Notes: generated from the letters alone by a model not told the origin. A stretch of DNA of 64,000 nt from an uncultured Gammaproteobacteria bacterium (GCA_964641255.1 CAZXMM010000001.1:15757-79756); one strand, 5' to 3'; numbered from the stretch's first letter, positions 37,693 to 48,389 are shown. Translations and numbers: made by a program.

Positions 37693-38739
37693 CTAATTTT
37701 CCAGAGCCTTCAGCCCCGGAAGTTCTTCCCCGGCCAAAAACTTAAGCATCGAGCCCCCACCAGTTGATATCCAATCAAATTTTTCCTTAAGTCCTAGCTT
37801 ATCAAGAAAAGTAATCGTATCGCCACCCCCAACCACCTTGAAGGCTTTGGTGTTATTAACCATTAGTTCAGCCATGCGTCTTGAACCAAGTTGATAGGTA
37901 TACTCCTCTACTTTGCCCAGCGGACCATTCCAGATAATGGTGGCGGCGTAGGACAGGATAATCTGGCACTGGTCGACCGACTCAAGAGTGGTATCTTTAC
38001 CATCGGGAGTAAGATCTAGATAGAGAATCTTGCCTTTCTTTTCCCCCACTTCGTGCAGGAGCTTACCCCCCACTATGACTCGGTCAGCATAGTTACTCAT
38101 ATTGGCAATTACCGGCAATTTAGTTTCTAATTTAGCCCCCCCAATAATCACAATGATCGGACGGCGAGGAAGATCTAAAATGGTCGTAAACACCTCTACC
38201 TCTTTTAGGAGCCGAAGGCCCGCATAGTGGGGCAATAACTTAGGGAGACCAACTAAGCTGGTATGGGCTCGCTCACAAACCGCAAAGGCTTCGTTGATGT
38301 AGATCTGGGCTAAGTCCGCCAGCTCCCGGGCAAAAATCTCGTCATTAGCTTCTTCCCTTGGATCAAAGCGCAAATTCTCCAGAACCGTAAGTTTGTCATT
38401 AACCGCAAAGCCCTTGATATTGTTTCCCAAGATAACGTCTGATACCTCATTTGGAGCGATTACTTTGTTAGTAAACCATAGCGCTACCAGCTTTGAAGAA
38501 TAAGTTAAATCTTCTTTACCTTCGGGCCTGCCAATGTGGCCAGCAAGAATAATTTTGCAATTTTGTTTAAGAAGGTACTCAATGGTGGGCCAGATGCTTT
38601 GCAATCGGGTGTCGTCCAAAATTCCCGTGGTGGTTTGATGATTTTTGTCTATGACAGGACCATAAGGAACGTCAATATCTCCCCTGACAAAAACGGTCTT
38701 GTTTTTAAGATCGGCAGACTCAATGCTGGGCAGTTGCAT
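37693..38739 (-). CDS. pgk: phosphoglycerate kinase (short form)
   Basis: N-domain VRGDIDVP...GHIGRPEG and a C-terminal nucleotide-binding region. 348 aa. Confidence 0.8.
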   Translation of the reverse strand: MQLPSIESADLKNKTVFVRGDIDVPYGPVIDKNHQTTTGILDDTRLQSIWPTIEYLLKQNCKIILAGHIGRPEGKEDLTYSSKLVALWFTNKVIAPNEVSDVILGNNIKGFAVNDKLTVLENLRFDPREEANDEIFARELADLAQIYINEAFAVCERAHTSLVGLPKLLPHYAGLRLLKEVEVFTTILDLPRRPIIVIIGGAKLETKLPVIANMSNYADRVIVGGKLLHEVGEKKGKILYLDLTPDGKDTTLESVDQCQIILSYAATIIWNGPLGKVEEYTYQLGSRRMAELMVNNTKAFKVVGGGDTITFLDKLGLKEKFDWISTGGGSMLKFLAGEELPGLKALEN

Positions 38740-38760
38740 AGTAAGAATTAGTCTAGCACA

Positions 38761-39735
38761 TCACTTCACTAGATTGAGTGGGGTTTTCCCGGATAATGCA
38801 GCAATGATATTTCCGGCTGCCGTGCGGCTCATGTCATTGCGAGCTTCGGTGGTCGCCGAAGCAATGTGGGGAGTAAGAACTACACTAGGAAGGCTATACA
38901 GTCGTTTTTCCGATTCGCTAATAACGGCCGTCTCATCCTCAAAAACATCGAGTCCTGCCCCAGCAATCCACTTTTGTTCGAGGGCCTGAGCTAGAGCCAT
39001 TTCGTCAATAATGGCCCCCCGAGCGGTATTAATGAGGAGGGCGGTTTTCTTCATTTCTGAAAGTTCTTTTTTTGAGATTAAGTGTCTCGTCTCAGGAGTC
39101 AGGGGCACATGGAGAGAAACCACGTCGCTGACTTGTAGAAGCGTATCCAAATTATCAATAAACTCAGCCTGAAGTATCGGATCAAGTTCATCATTTTTCT
39201 TATGTGAATGATAAACAATCTTCATCCCTAGTCCCAGTTTGGCAATCCGCGCTACAGCAACGCCGATTCGCCCTAAACCCACTACTCCTAAGGTTTTATC
39301 CGAGAGTTCGGTGCCAATGAAAATGTTTGGTTCCCACTGGGTGTATTTTCCAGCTCGAACGTACGTGTCAGCGGGGATGATTTTCCGGGCGACCGCCAGA
39401 AGCAGGGCAATAGTGTGTTCCGCCACTGACATTTCAAAGCCACCCGGAGTATTGGTAACAAAAACGTTTTTTGCTTGGGCTGCAGCCACATCAATGTTGT
39501 CATACCCCACCGCATAATTGGCCACGATTTTTAGCTGCGGACCAGCTGCATCAAGGACCGCTTCAGTAATTTTGTCGGTTAACAAAGAAAGAATGGCATC
39601 AGCCCCAGCGACAAAGTCTTTCAATTCATTCGGGCTCAGAACTCGGTCCTCTTTATTAACCACTAGGTCATAGCCCTGTTGTTGTAAAAGATCAAGCGCT
39701 GGACCAGGAATATCACGAGTAATTACAATTTTCAT
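38761..39735 (-). CDS. D-isomer-specific 2-hydroxyacid dehydrogenase (glycerate dehydrogenase/hydroxypyruvate reductase-like)
   Basis: NAD-binding GVVGLGRIGVAVARIA and catalytic-domain motifs. Confidence 0.8.
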   Translation of the reverse strand: MKIVITRDIPGPALDLLQQQGYDLVVNKEDRVLSPNELKDFVAGADAILSLLTDKITEAVLDAAGPQLKIVANYAVGYDNIDVAAAQAKNVFVTNTPGGFEMSVAEHTIALLLAVARKIIPADTYVRAGKYTQWEPNIFIGTELSDKTLGVVGLGRIGVAVARIAKLGLGMKIVYHSHKKNDELDPILQAEFIDNLDTLLQVSDVVSLHVPLTPETRHLISKKELSEMKKTALLINTARGAIIDEMALAQALEQKWIAGAGLDVFEDETAVISESEKRLYSLPSVVLTPHIASATTEARNDMSRTAAGNIIAALSGKTPLNLVK

Positions 39736-41405
39736 TAACTCTTTTGTAGTAAATATCTCTCACTATACTCCTTAGTAATCCCAATTTTCTTGTTGGGATT
39801 AAAAATGCCACCAGGATCAAAAATCTGTTTTATCTGGGAAAATATTTGGTAGATCTCGTGCCCGAACTGCATCTCTACAAAGGGAGCCCGGACGAGTCCG
39901 TCATTATGCTCTCCAGAGATTGAACCACCATACTTTACGGTGAGGGCAAAGCATTCTTCCCCCACGCTAAAAATCTCGTCTCGTTCTTCTTTTTTACTCA
40001 TGTCCATCAGGGGGAAAATATGGAAGTTCCCATCCCCAATGTGTCCCGCCACTGTAAAGGTCATCTTCGATTTATTAAGAATTTCGTAGAGCGCAGGTAA
40101 AAACTCTGGCAAGAACTGGGGCGATACGGTTAAGTCGTCAATAAATGGGGCGGCGTATTTACCCTGGACTCTTTGGCGAAGCAGGTTAAAGCTCTCGTGT
40201 CTTACTGCCCACCAAATTTCGCGCTCAACAGGTTCTGTAATAATTTTAACTCCGAGGTTTAGTGGCTTAAGAGCATCAGAGAGGCGTTCTACTTTTGTTT
40301 TAACTTCCGCCTCGCTACCCTCTTCAAATTCGACAAGTAGGACAAGCTTGGCGTCCTCAGCTTCCCCAAAGAAGTTCCCAGCGTTATAGTTGTGGACTTC
40401 AGCAGTATAGTGTTTCTTCACTATTTCCAGCAAATCCGGGAAATACTGCACTGCTAACTTTGTGGTGTACTGATCAAAGCATTCAAACTCCGTAGGTTGA
40501 TGAGACAGTACCGTCTGCACCACTCCGGGGATTTGGGCAAAGTCGTCAACACTAATTACCATGAGCTGGTGACTCTGCTTAATTGGAACAAGACCGATCT
40601 TGGCTTGGGTCATTATCCCCAGAGTTCCTTGGGAACCGACAAAGAGTTTGGTCATATCAAAAACTCCATTTTCCACAATGCCCGAGGGCCGCCCCTCTTC
40701 GGTTTTTTGGGCACCTGGGGTCCAAACGTCCCAAATTTGATAGCCAGTAGAATTCTTCGAGACGGACGGTCGGTGAGCCTGAATTAAGTTGTAGTTAGTA
40801 GACAGTAGTGCGTAGACTTCGCGATATATTTGTCCTTCCAAATCTTGCTGGGCCATTTTTAGTTTCAGTCCATCTTCACGCATTTTAGTAAAGCCGTATT
40901 CTTTTCCGTCCCTAAGAATAACCATCACTTCTTCAACATATTTGACCGTTTTACCGTAGGATAGAGACTTTTCCCCTCCCGCATTATTATTAATAATCCC
41001 CCCAATCGCACACAGATTTTTAGAAGCGGGGAATGAGGGAAAAATTAAACCTTTTTCCAGTGTTGCTTTTTCAAAGTCACGGTAAAACACTCCCGGCTCA
41101 ACTGTGGCGAAGCTTTCGCCGATCTCAAGAATGCGACTTAGATGTTCAGTTAAAGAAATACAAATAGATTCAGTGAGCGAGCCGCCACTCATATCAGTTC
41201 CCGCTGCCCGGGCAACTAGGGATAATCCAGGATTAGCGTTGACAAAAGTTACCAGGGCGGAGATATCAGCGGCGTCCCAAGGACAGACAACAACTCTGGG
41301 AGTCATGGTAAACACACTGGCATCACGGCTGTGTTTTGCTAGGGTTTCCGCATCAGTGTAGACTTCCCCTTTAACAATCTTGCTAAGTTCTTCGGGCAGA
41401 TCCAT
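39735..41405 (-). CDS. FAD-linked oxidase (GlcD / D-lactate dehydrogenase-like)
   Basis: N-terminal FAD-binding PCMH domain (ARAAGTDMSGGS) and a C-terminal FAD-oxidase domain. 556 aa. Confidence 0.75.
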   Translation of the reverse strand: MDLPEELSKIVKGEVYTDAETLAKHSRDASVFTMTPRVVVCPWDAADISALVTFVNANPGLSLVARAAGTDMSGGSLTESICISLTEHLSRILEIGESFATVEPGVFYRDFEKATLEKGLIFPSFPASKNLCAIGGIINNNAGGEKSLSYGKTVKYVEEVMVILRDGKEYGFTKMREDGLKLKMAQQDLEGQIYREVYALLSTNYNLIQAHRPSVSKNSTGYQIWDVWTPGAQKTEEGRPSGIVENGVFDMTKLFVGSQGTLGIMTQAKIGLVPIKQSHQLMVISVDDFAQIPGVVQTVLSHQPTEFECFDQYTTKLAVQYFPDLLEIVKKHYTAEVHNYNAGNFFGEAEDAKLVLLVEFEEGSEAEVKTKVERLSDALKPLNLGVKIITEPVEREIWWAVRHESFNLLRQRVQGKYAAPFIDDLTVSPQFLPEFLPALYEILNKSKMTFTVAGHIGDGNFHIFPLMDMSKKEERDEIFSVGEECFALTVKYGGSISGEHNDGLVRAPFVEMQFGHEIYQIFSQIKQIFDPGGIFNPNKKIGITKEYSERYLLQKS

Positions 41406-41461
41406 GTGTAACTAGATTACAAGATTTTCACGAAATTGACTAGCTATCTGGGGCAGGGTAT

Positions 41462-42307
41462 TTGCTAGTATTAAATACTATGATAAAAGTAAAACGTGAG
41501 GCGGCGGGTGTTAGGGCAAGGGCGGTGGGCACCAGTGGCGAAAAAGAAACTGGTCGAGACACGTTGCTTACAGTAGCGGAGGCTCTAAAGCTTGATAAAC
41601 AGGTTTCCGGTGGAAAAGCGCCACGCCTTTTTTTTGATAATCTTCCTGTCTGGCAAGCAATCCAAAGGGGCTTCCAAATGACCTTGAAAAATTATTTTGA
41701 GGGCAGTGAGTTTCCTGCCGCCGCTCACACTGTGACCATGATTAGCAAGCTCCGAAGAGACCTGCCCCCAGCTTCGCCTTTACCAATTGTCCTTGAACCC
41801 TTTGGGGGAACTGGTCTGGCCACACAGGTGTTCACACGGGGGGGCTACTATGTCCTGGCCACCGAACTCAATGAAACGACCCACCACGTCGCGGTGCACA
41901 ACCTGACACTGGCTCGCGCCAACAATTACGAACGAATTCTCGGAGACGGAGTGGCACTGCTTAAAAAACGAGCCGCCAATCAAGAACAGGTAGACGTTGT
42001 CTTTCTCGACCCACCCTGGAATGGTAAGTATAAGTACGACCTGGCCGGAGATTTTGAGTTGTCAAATATGGAACCGGATGGAAGGTTTTTAGTCGAGACT
42101 GCTTTAAAAGTTGCTCCAATAGTCGCCATTAAAACGCCCCAGAATATTTCAGTTAGCCATATGTTTCAACTGGCTAAAGAGCTTGGAGTGGGGGTGAGAG
42201 TGGAACGGCAAAATATCAAAAACTACCCCCCAGAGTTTTGTCCTGCCACGGTATATTTTATCCGAGGGTCAACACTGCAAGAGGCAGAAAAAGTGACTGT
42301 TTGGTAG
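41462..42307 (+). CDS. Tgs1-like (RNA cap guanine-N2 MTase family) class I SAM methyltransferase
   Basis: LEPFGGTGLATQ motif I and VVFLDPPWNG (the DPPW motif). Confidence 0.55.
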   Translation: MLVLNTMIKVKREAAGVRARAVGTSGEKETGRDTLLTVAEALKLDKQVSGGKAPRLFFDNLPVWQAIQRGFQMTLKNYFEGSEFPAAAHTVTMISKLRRDLPPASPLPIVLEPFGGTGLATQVFTRGGYYVLATELNETTHHVAVHNLTLARANNYERILGDGVALLKKRAANQEQVDVVFLDPPWNGKYKYDLAGDFELSNMEPDGRFLVETALKVAPIVAIKTPQNISVSHMFQLAKELGVGVRVERQNIKNYPPEFCPATVYFIRGSTLQEAEKVTVW

Positions 42308-42310
42308 GAA

Positions 42311-43549
42311 TTAGTTACGAAGTACAACGATCAAATCAGCCACATTACTGGGCAGTCTTCCCGTTTGTATTCCATCCCCCACCTTTTCAAAGAAATGGAA
42401 ACTGTCGTTGCTGGTTAGCATTGCCAAGCTATCAAGACCCATTTCTCGGGATTTTTTAATCGTTTCAATATCGCCTATTGCCCCTCCGTTACTGGTGTTG
42501 TCCCAACCATCTGAAGCTACTGAACAAATAACAAGTTTGTCTCCTAAGCTTTGATCCCAATCTGTCAGAGCTCCCAAGACTACCTCCTGATTTCTCCCCC
42601 CTTCGCCTTGGCCTTTAGCGGTTACACTGGTCTCCCCACCGTAAAGCTGAACGGTTTTTTCTTTTATCTCTTTAACTATTTTTCTCCCTACCTCTCGTGC
42701 CTCTCCCTCAATTTTGTCCGTGACAATATCTACACTAAAACCTAAGGAAGTAGCTGTTACTTCCATTGCTTCCAGGGCAGTTATATTGGAAAGAAGAAGT
42801 AGGTTTTGCACATTGTGAAAGAATTTTTCGTCTTTAGGGGTTTCCTTGAGGTCCTCTTTTTTTAGTGGCAATCTATATTTCTCCGCAAGACTCCACGCCT
42901 CTTCTACTGTGGTGTCATCTTTAACCAGCGGTCCTGAGGCAATGGTGGACAGGTCATTACCTGGAACGTCTGAAAAGATGAAGGAAACAATCTGGGCGGG
43001 ATACAAAAGCTTAGCCAGTCCCCCACCTTTAACTGCGTCTAACTTCTTTCGGACGGCATTCATTTCCGTAATATTGGCCCCGGAATGAAGTAGAGTCCTG
43101 TTGGTTTCCAGTACCTGTTCTAAAGACGTGTGGGGCAAAGTAAAGAGGGCTGATCCCCCGCCACAAACCACGACTAACACCAGGTCTTTTTCGGTAAGGT
43201 TGGTTAGTCTGGCCAGAGCATTTTTGGTAAAGTTTGCATTTATTTGCGACGGAAGCGGATGGGTTCCCACCGTAAAAGTTATCTTGTCAGAACTCTCTGA
43301 GACAAGATCAATAACTTCCCCACTGACAAATTTGTCACCTACTTTTTTTTCAATTAGTTTCGACAGTCCCGCCGATCCTTTACCAAAGCCCAAGAGAAAA
43401 ACGCGGTCAAAGTTTTCCAGATGAAGATCAGGAAAGTGTTTATTAATTACTTGATCTGGCTGAATAGCTTCCAGTCCGGCCTCAACGATCTGAAGCGTAA
43501 TCTTTCTTGGTTCACTGCTGGCCAGCTGATCAAAATTATGAATTAACAT
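42311..43549 (-). CDS. glycerate kinase, MOFRL family
   Basis: DUF4147-like N-terminal half and C-terminal MOFRL motifs (SVASDGWDNTSNGGAIGD). Confidence 0.8.
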   Translation of the reverse strand: MLIHNFDQLASSEPRKITLQIVEAGLEAIQPDQVINKHFPDLHLENFDRVFLLGFGKGSAGLSKLIEKKVGDKFVSGEVIDLVSESSDKITFTVGTHPLPSQINANFTKNALARLTNLTEKDLVLVVVCGGGSALFTLPHTSLEQVLETNRTLLHSGANITEMNAVRKKLDAVKGGGLAKLLYPAQIVSFIFSDVPGNDLSTIASGPLVKDDTTVEEAWSLAEKYRLPLKKEDLKETPKDEKFFHNVQNLLLLSNITALEAMEVTATSLGFSVDIVTDKIEGEAREVGRKIVKEIKEKTVQLYGGETSVTAKGQGEGGRNQEVVLGALTDWDQSLGDKLVICSVASDGWDNTSNGGAIGDIETIKKSREMGLDSLAMLTSNDSFHFFEKVGDGIQTGRLPSNVADLIVVLRN

Positions 43550-43971
43550 TACAGTCCCAGATTAAAACTAAGTATCAATTTAAAAACTAACCACCCGGCC
43601 ACTCCGGCGATTCCCCACAAGGGAAGAGAAAGTAAACTGGTGTAGCCACCTATTGAATAGACATGGTAAGTCCAGAGGCGCTGGCCCATAAACTTATCGT
43701 AAGTGTAGCCAAGCAAACCCTCCATGATTGTTCCAGAAATTGCAAAGACTAAAAATAGAAGAAGAAGGGAAAAATTAGCGATGGAACTGTAAAGGGTGAC
43801 AATCGCCAGGGGAAACAAGATAAAACTAAGAAATTTCGAAAAAGAATAGTGGTGAATTTTGTAATGTTTTTTTGTAAACACAAAATACAATTTTTCAACC
43901 AGGGATTGAATCGACAAGCTAAATACAAGCAGGCAGATAAAGAAGACTAGCTGGAATTGAGAGTCTGTCAT
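43549..43971 (-). CDS. hypothetical 4-TM membrane protein
   Basis: 140-aa hydrophobic ORF overlapping its neighbours by 1-4 nt. Confidence 0.4.
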   Translation of the reverse strand: MTDSQFQLVFFICLLVFSLSIQSLVEKLYFVFTKKHYKIHHYSFSKFLSFILFPLAIVTLYSSIANFSLLLLFLVFAISGTIMEGLLGYTYDKFMGQRLWTYHVYSIGGYTSLLSLPLWGIAGVAGWLVFKLILSFNLGL

Positions 43972-44849
43972 AATTTCCCAGCTGACCCAAAAAGTTTAAT
44001 CTTGGATTCAACAATCACTCTCATCTCATCAATGGCAGCGGGCATGATTTTGTAGATGGCGACTTCGTCTCCCTCTCCCCCGTTGATGATTTCTTTAAGT
44101 TTGTCGTGGAAGGCCACTCTTAGTTCTGAGTTAACGTTGACTTTAACAATCCCTACCCCAATTGCCGCTGACACGTCATTATCAGGAATGCCCGATCCCC
44201 CATGAAGGGATAAGAAAGTTGTTCCAAGTTTGGCTCTTATCATACGCAGAAGTTCTAAATCAATATTCTTGGGGCCCGAATATAATCCGTGAACATTACC
44301 AACAAAGGAAGCAAAAGTGTCGACCTTGGTAGCCCCGACAAAGGCTAGGGCCTTGTCTGGGTCAGTGTAGTACTTTTCGTCTCGAACACTATTGACATCA
44401 TCTTTCCGATGATCAGCGCTGCTTGCCCCCATGATGTTAATGTTGTCAATTTCTCCCTCTACTAGCACGTCCTTGGTGTGGGCGTAATCTACTAGCTGCT
44501 TTGCAAGTTTAGTATTCTCTTCGAGGGGCAATTTGGAACCATCCAAATGGACGTAGTCAAAGCCCAAGTCAATAGCTTCCAGACAAGACTCTAAGTTTGG
44601 GGCGTGATCAAGATTCAGAATAATGGGGACGCTGTAGCTTTGTTCCATGGCCCGGACCACCCCAACTAATTCTCTCGCACCAAAATATTCCACTTCCCCA
44701 CTCGACGCCTCAATCATGACGGGAGAACTAAGATTCTTAGCCGCCGTAATGATGGCTTTGAGTGGTTCGATTGAAGCGGCATTGAAAGCCCCAATGGCGA
44801 ACTTTTCTTTTTGCGCTTTTTCAAACCAATACTGTGCTTTGCTCATCAT
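43968..44849 (-). CDS. fba: class II fructose-bisphosphate aldolase
   Basis: NLDHAPN, HLDGSKLP and SLHGGSG metal/substrate motifs. Confidence 0.85.
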   Translation of the reverse strand: MMSKAQYWFEKAQKEKFAIGAFNAASIEPLKAIITAAKNLSSPVMIEASSGEVEYFGARELVGVVRAMEQSYSVPIILNLDHAPNLESCLEAIDLGFDYVHLDGSKLPLEENTKLAKQLVDYAHTKDVLVEGEIDNINIMGASSADHRKDDVNSVRDEKYYTDPDKALAFVGATKVDTFASFVGNVHGLYSGPKNIDLELLRMIRAKLGTTFLSLHGGSGIPDNDVSAAIGVGIVKVNVNSELRVAFHDKLKEIINGGEGDEVAIYKIMPAAIDEMRVIVESKIKLFGSAGKL

Positions 44850-44909
44850 AGTATTTAGTATCTAGTATTTTGTATGTAGTATAAAGGGCTCTGGGCTACC
44901 AAGTACCGG

Positions 44910-45899
44910 CTACAGCTCCACGGGCTGTAAATCAGTATGCTTATTTAGCTCCTGGGTGATTTGGTCGAATGTGAGTAGTCCAGTTTGCGGCCCAATCTTT
45001 TGTACCACAGCTGCGGAGTTCAGTGTCCCCCACCGCATGGCCTCGGGGATGGTTAATCCTTTAATAATCGCCGCCATAAAACCTGAGGCGTAAGCATCTC
45101 CTGCTCCGGTAGTTGAAACGGTCTCTACCTTAAGAATGGGTAAAAAATAATACTTTGTTCCATCAAAAACAAAGGAGCCTTTAGACCCATCAGTAATAAC
45201 CACGGTTTTTGGCCCTAAAGCGCGGAGCTGGCCAAGGAGTTTTTTGATCTGCTCCGAACTGGTTATGGGGGCGCTATAACCGGTCATTTTGGCGGCCTCC
45301 TCTTTATTGACAAAGACAATTTCCGCCCGGGAGGTCAGCATCTGGTAGGTTTGGGGAGACTTAGCCAGTTGAGCGGTGCCCGGCGCAAAAGCAAGTTTAG
45401 TTTGGTGCTTCACTACCGAGGTGGCCACCTCATTATAAAAATCTTGATAATTACTGCCGACCGAGGAAACGTAGATCCACGGGACAGTCAGTTCTTCGGA
45501 GGGCAGGTGATAGTTCCTGGGTACTTGATACTCCAGGGCGGTCTTTTGGTCTTTAAAATTAATGATAGTGGAATAGCGAGTTTCGCTACCCGCCTCGATA
45601 ACACAGAGACTATGGTCCACACCCTCTCTATCCAGATGTTGGGTAACTCTTTCCCCAATTTGATCGTCTCCATAAACACTAAGAAGCCCCGCTTTAATTC
45701 CCAACCGCGTGAGTCCTACGGCGTTATTAGCAGCGTTACCGCCCACCGCCCGGTCGATTTTATCTACCAAAATCTTCTCGCCGTAGCGCAGACACAGCTC
45801 ACAGGCCTCGTTGTCTGTCCGACAATGCAGAGCCGCATCGTGCAGCGTCAGATAGACATCAAAAACCACATCGCCAATGGAAACTACTGTAAAGTTCAT
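44910..45899 (-). CDS. PfkB-family carbohydrate kinase
   Basis: Ribokinase-like signature TTGAGDAYASGF near the C-terminus. Confidence 0.8.
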   Translation of the reverse strand: MNFTVVSIGDVVFDVYLTLHDAALHCRTDNEACELCLRYGEKILVDKIDRAVGGNAANNAVGLTRLGIKAGLLSVYGDDQIGERVTQHLDREGVDHSLCVIEAGSETRYSTIINFKDQKTALEYQVPRNYHLPSEELTVPWIYVSSVGSNYQDFYNEVATSVVKHQTKLAFAPGTAQLAKSPQTYQMLTSRAEIVFVNKEEAAKMTGYSAPITSSEQIKKLLGQLRALGPKTVVITDGSKGSFVFDGTKYYFLPILKVETVSTTGAGDAYASGFMAAIIKGLTIPEAMRWGTLNSAAVVQKIGPQTGLLTFDQITQELNKHTDLQPVEL

Positions 45900-46909
45900 T
45901 TCTCCTCCCCTTTCAGTTTGGCTATCTTGCGAACGTACACATCTATTGCGGCATTTTTAATATGTTGCACACTCATGCCGTACTTTGTTAACAGCTCTTC
46001 CGGCTTTCCCGATTCCCCAAAGGTATTGGACATTCCGACCGCCTCAATTGGGGTGGGATAATTTTGGCCTAAACACTCACTAATGGCCCCATTTAGTCCC
46101 CCGATTATTTGATGCTCTTCGACAGTAACTACTGCACCGGTCTTCCTGGCGGACAGCATAATGGTAGCTGTGTCTAGGGGTTTTAAGGTGTGAACATTGA
46201 CAACTTCACAGCTCAAAGTTGATTTAACGGCGTCGTTTCCGGAAGTCTCAGCAAGTTCCTCGGCTGCCTGGAGAGCTTTATAGACCAGGGGTCCACAAGC
46301 AAAGATGGTCAGATCAGTCCCCTCTCTTAAGACGTTGGCCCTACCCATAACAAACGGGGTTTCGTCCGTGGTAAAAACCTCAGTCTTTTCTCGGCCAAAA
46401 CGAATATACACCGGCCCTTGGTGGGCAGTGGCGGCCCGCACCATTTTCTTGGCTTCTGTAAAGTCACAGGGAGTCATGACCACTAAATTAGGAAGTACCC
46501 TGGTTATAGCGAGGTCTTCTAAGGCCTGATGGGTCGCCCCATCGGCTCCTACGGAAATACCGGCATGGGCGCCTATGATTTTGACGTTAGTATTAGAATA
46601 ACAAACCGACACTCTTAATTGATCCCAATTTCTTCCCGGAGAAAAGGTGGCGTAGGAAGTAACAAACGGAACCTTGCCTGAAAGAGCTAGTCCCGCGGCA
46701 ATGCCCATCATATTTTGTTCAGCAACTCCCACGTCGATAAAACGATCGGGGAATTTTTTGGCAAAAGCCTCGACTCTGGTTGACTCAGCTAGGTCTGCGG
46801 TTAGCACCACGATTTCTAAAACGACACTTCCCAACTCAACGAGAGCTTCGCCAAATCCCTCTCGGCATCCCTTCATTTCCGTAGATGGAAACACGATATC
46901 AGCCTTCAT
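45896..46909 (-). CDS. transketolase, C-terminal subunit
   Basis: Pyrimidine-binding and C-terminal transketolase domains. Overlaps the N-terminal subunit gene. Confidence 0.85.
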   Translation of the reverse strand: MKADIVFPSTEMKGCREGFGEALVELGSVVLEIVVLTADLAESTRVEAFAKKFPDRFIDVGVAEQNMMGIAAGLALSGKVPFVTSYATFSPGRNWDQLRVSVCYSNTNVKIIGAHAGISVGADGATHQALEDLAITRVLPNLVVMTPCDFTEAKKMVRAATAHQGPVYIRFGREKTEVFTTDETPFVMGRANVLREGTDLTIFACGPLVYKALQAAEELAETSGNDAVKSTLSCEVVNVHTLKPLDTATIMLSARKTGAVVTVEEHQIIGGLNGAISECLGQNYPTPIEAVGMSNTFGESGKPEELLTKYGMSVQHIKNAAIDVYVRKIAKLKGEEK

Positions 46910-47804
46910 GAGTAATCCTCCCTGCTAGTGTTCTTAAGCTCCTCAGAGCCAACTCTGCTTGCTCATCTTTAGGAGGTTCGCCAGCAAGATTGCTAGCCCC
47001 AGGGGGGGCTCCGTGCCAAATGTAGTCACCCTCCATGTAGTCAATTCCTTTCCCGGGAATGGTGTAACACACAATGGCCGTGGGTCTATCCCTTTCCTCC
47101 CACGACGCTTTGACGGCGGCTATAATTTGCTCAAAAGAGTGACCATCGACTTCTAAAACATTAAGGTTAAACGCTTTGAGTTTGTCGGCGACTTTACCCA
47201 GGGGCATAACATGTTCGGTATAGCCATCAATTTGAATATTATTGCGGTCCACAAAGTAAATGAGATCCGATAGTTTATACTTGACCGCACACATCAGGGC
47301 CTCCCAGACTTGACCTTCGTTCATTTCTCCATCGGAGCCAATCACATAAGTGCGGTAGGGCCGCTTATCCATTTTTGCAGCGAGAGCCATGCCTACAGCC
47401 ACCGAGATTCCCTGTCCTAGTGGCCCGGCAGAGTTTTCTACCCCGGGAGTATTTTCGTGATAGAAAGGTTTATCTTTGTAGACTTGTTCATGATGAGGAT
47501 GGCCCTGCAAACGAGTCTCTAATTTTCTCAGAGTTAAAAGTTCCTCCGCTTTTAAAAAGCCGGCGTGAATTAGAGTAGTGTAAAGGATAGGGCAGGTATG
47601 ACCACAAGAAAGCACTAATCTATCCCGGTCTTCCCAAGTAGGATTGTTAGCGTCATATTTTAAGAGGCCTCCAAAGTATAAAGCAGTAAAAAGATCAGCC
47701 AAATCAAGGGGCCCGGCACTATGCCCCGAGCCAGCAGCCACCAGCATCTTAATCAGATCCTGGCGGATTTCGTTAGCTTTAAGTTCTAGTTCTAAGGTAG
47801 TCAT
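46899..47804 (-). CDS. transketolase, N-terminal (TPP-binding) subunit
   Basis: GHSAGPLDLADLF... and GSDGEMNEG TPP motifs. Confidence 0.85.
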   Translation of the reverse strand: MTTLELELKANEIRQDLIKMLVAAGSGHSAGPLDLADLFTALYFGGLLKYDANNPTWEDRDRLVLSCGHTCPILYTTLIHAGFLKAEELLTLRKLETRLQGHPHHEQVYKDKPFYHENTPGVENSAGPLGQGISVAVGMALAAKMDKRPYRTYVIGSDGEMNEGQVWEALMCAVKYKLSDLIYFVDRNNIQIDGYTEHVMPLGKVADKLKAFNLNVLEVDGHSFEQIIAAVKASWEERDRPTAIVCYTIPGKGIDYMEGDYIWHGAPPGASNLAGEPPKDEQAELALRSLRTLAGRITHEG

Positions 47805-48375
47805 GGGCAGAACTGGCCTGAAGAGCCTTAATTTTAAGTAACACTTCTTGGGGACTAGTCACAATATGATAGACCTTAAGCTCCTCGGGCCGAAGACGCA
47901 GATTCTTTCCAATGGCTTCAATAATTTCGTGCCAATAGCTACCAAAGAGAATCAGGGGCTTATGATGGCCAAAATGAATTCTAGCTAACCCCCAAGCCAT
48001 TCCTAGTTCCGAAATTGTTCCGGTTCCTCCATTAAACACTACATAGACGTCACCCGTATCCATAATTTTAAGCGTTCGTTCGACATAAGTTGAGGTGCGG
48101 ATTTCTTCATCAAAATTATTGGCTGGAGTAGTCGATTCAAAAAATGCCGGATGAGTAGGATCATTTTTGTCCCAGTAGTAAGTAACTCCGATCGCTTTTC
48201 CTCCCCCCGCGTGAGCTCCAAGAGTGGCAGCGAGCATCACTCCCGGCCCGCCACCATTAATAATAGTAAAGTTATTTTCGGCAAGTAATTTGGCGGTAGC
48301 AAAAGCGGCATCATACTCAGCATCCCCCACTTTTGAATCAGCGTAACCAAGAAAGGCAACTTTTTTAATTTCCAT
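47779..48375 (-). CDS. LOG-family (TIGR00730) Rossmann-fold protein
   Basis: GGGPGVM...GGG and PGGTGT-like motifs (VFNGGTGTISE). Confidence 0.75.
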   Translation of the reverse strand: MEIKKVAFLGYADSKVGDAEYDAAFATAKLLAENNFTIINGGGPGVMLAATLGAHAGGGKAIGVTYYWDKNDPTHPAFFESTTPANNFDEEIRTSTYVERTLKIMDTGDVYVVFNGGTGTISELGMAWGLARIHFGHHKPLILFGSYWHEIIEAIGKNLRLRPEELKVYHIVTSPQEVLLKIKALQASSAHDYLRTRT

Positions 48376-48389
48376 AATAGTATGTAGTC

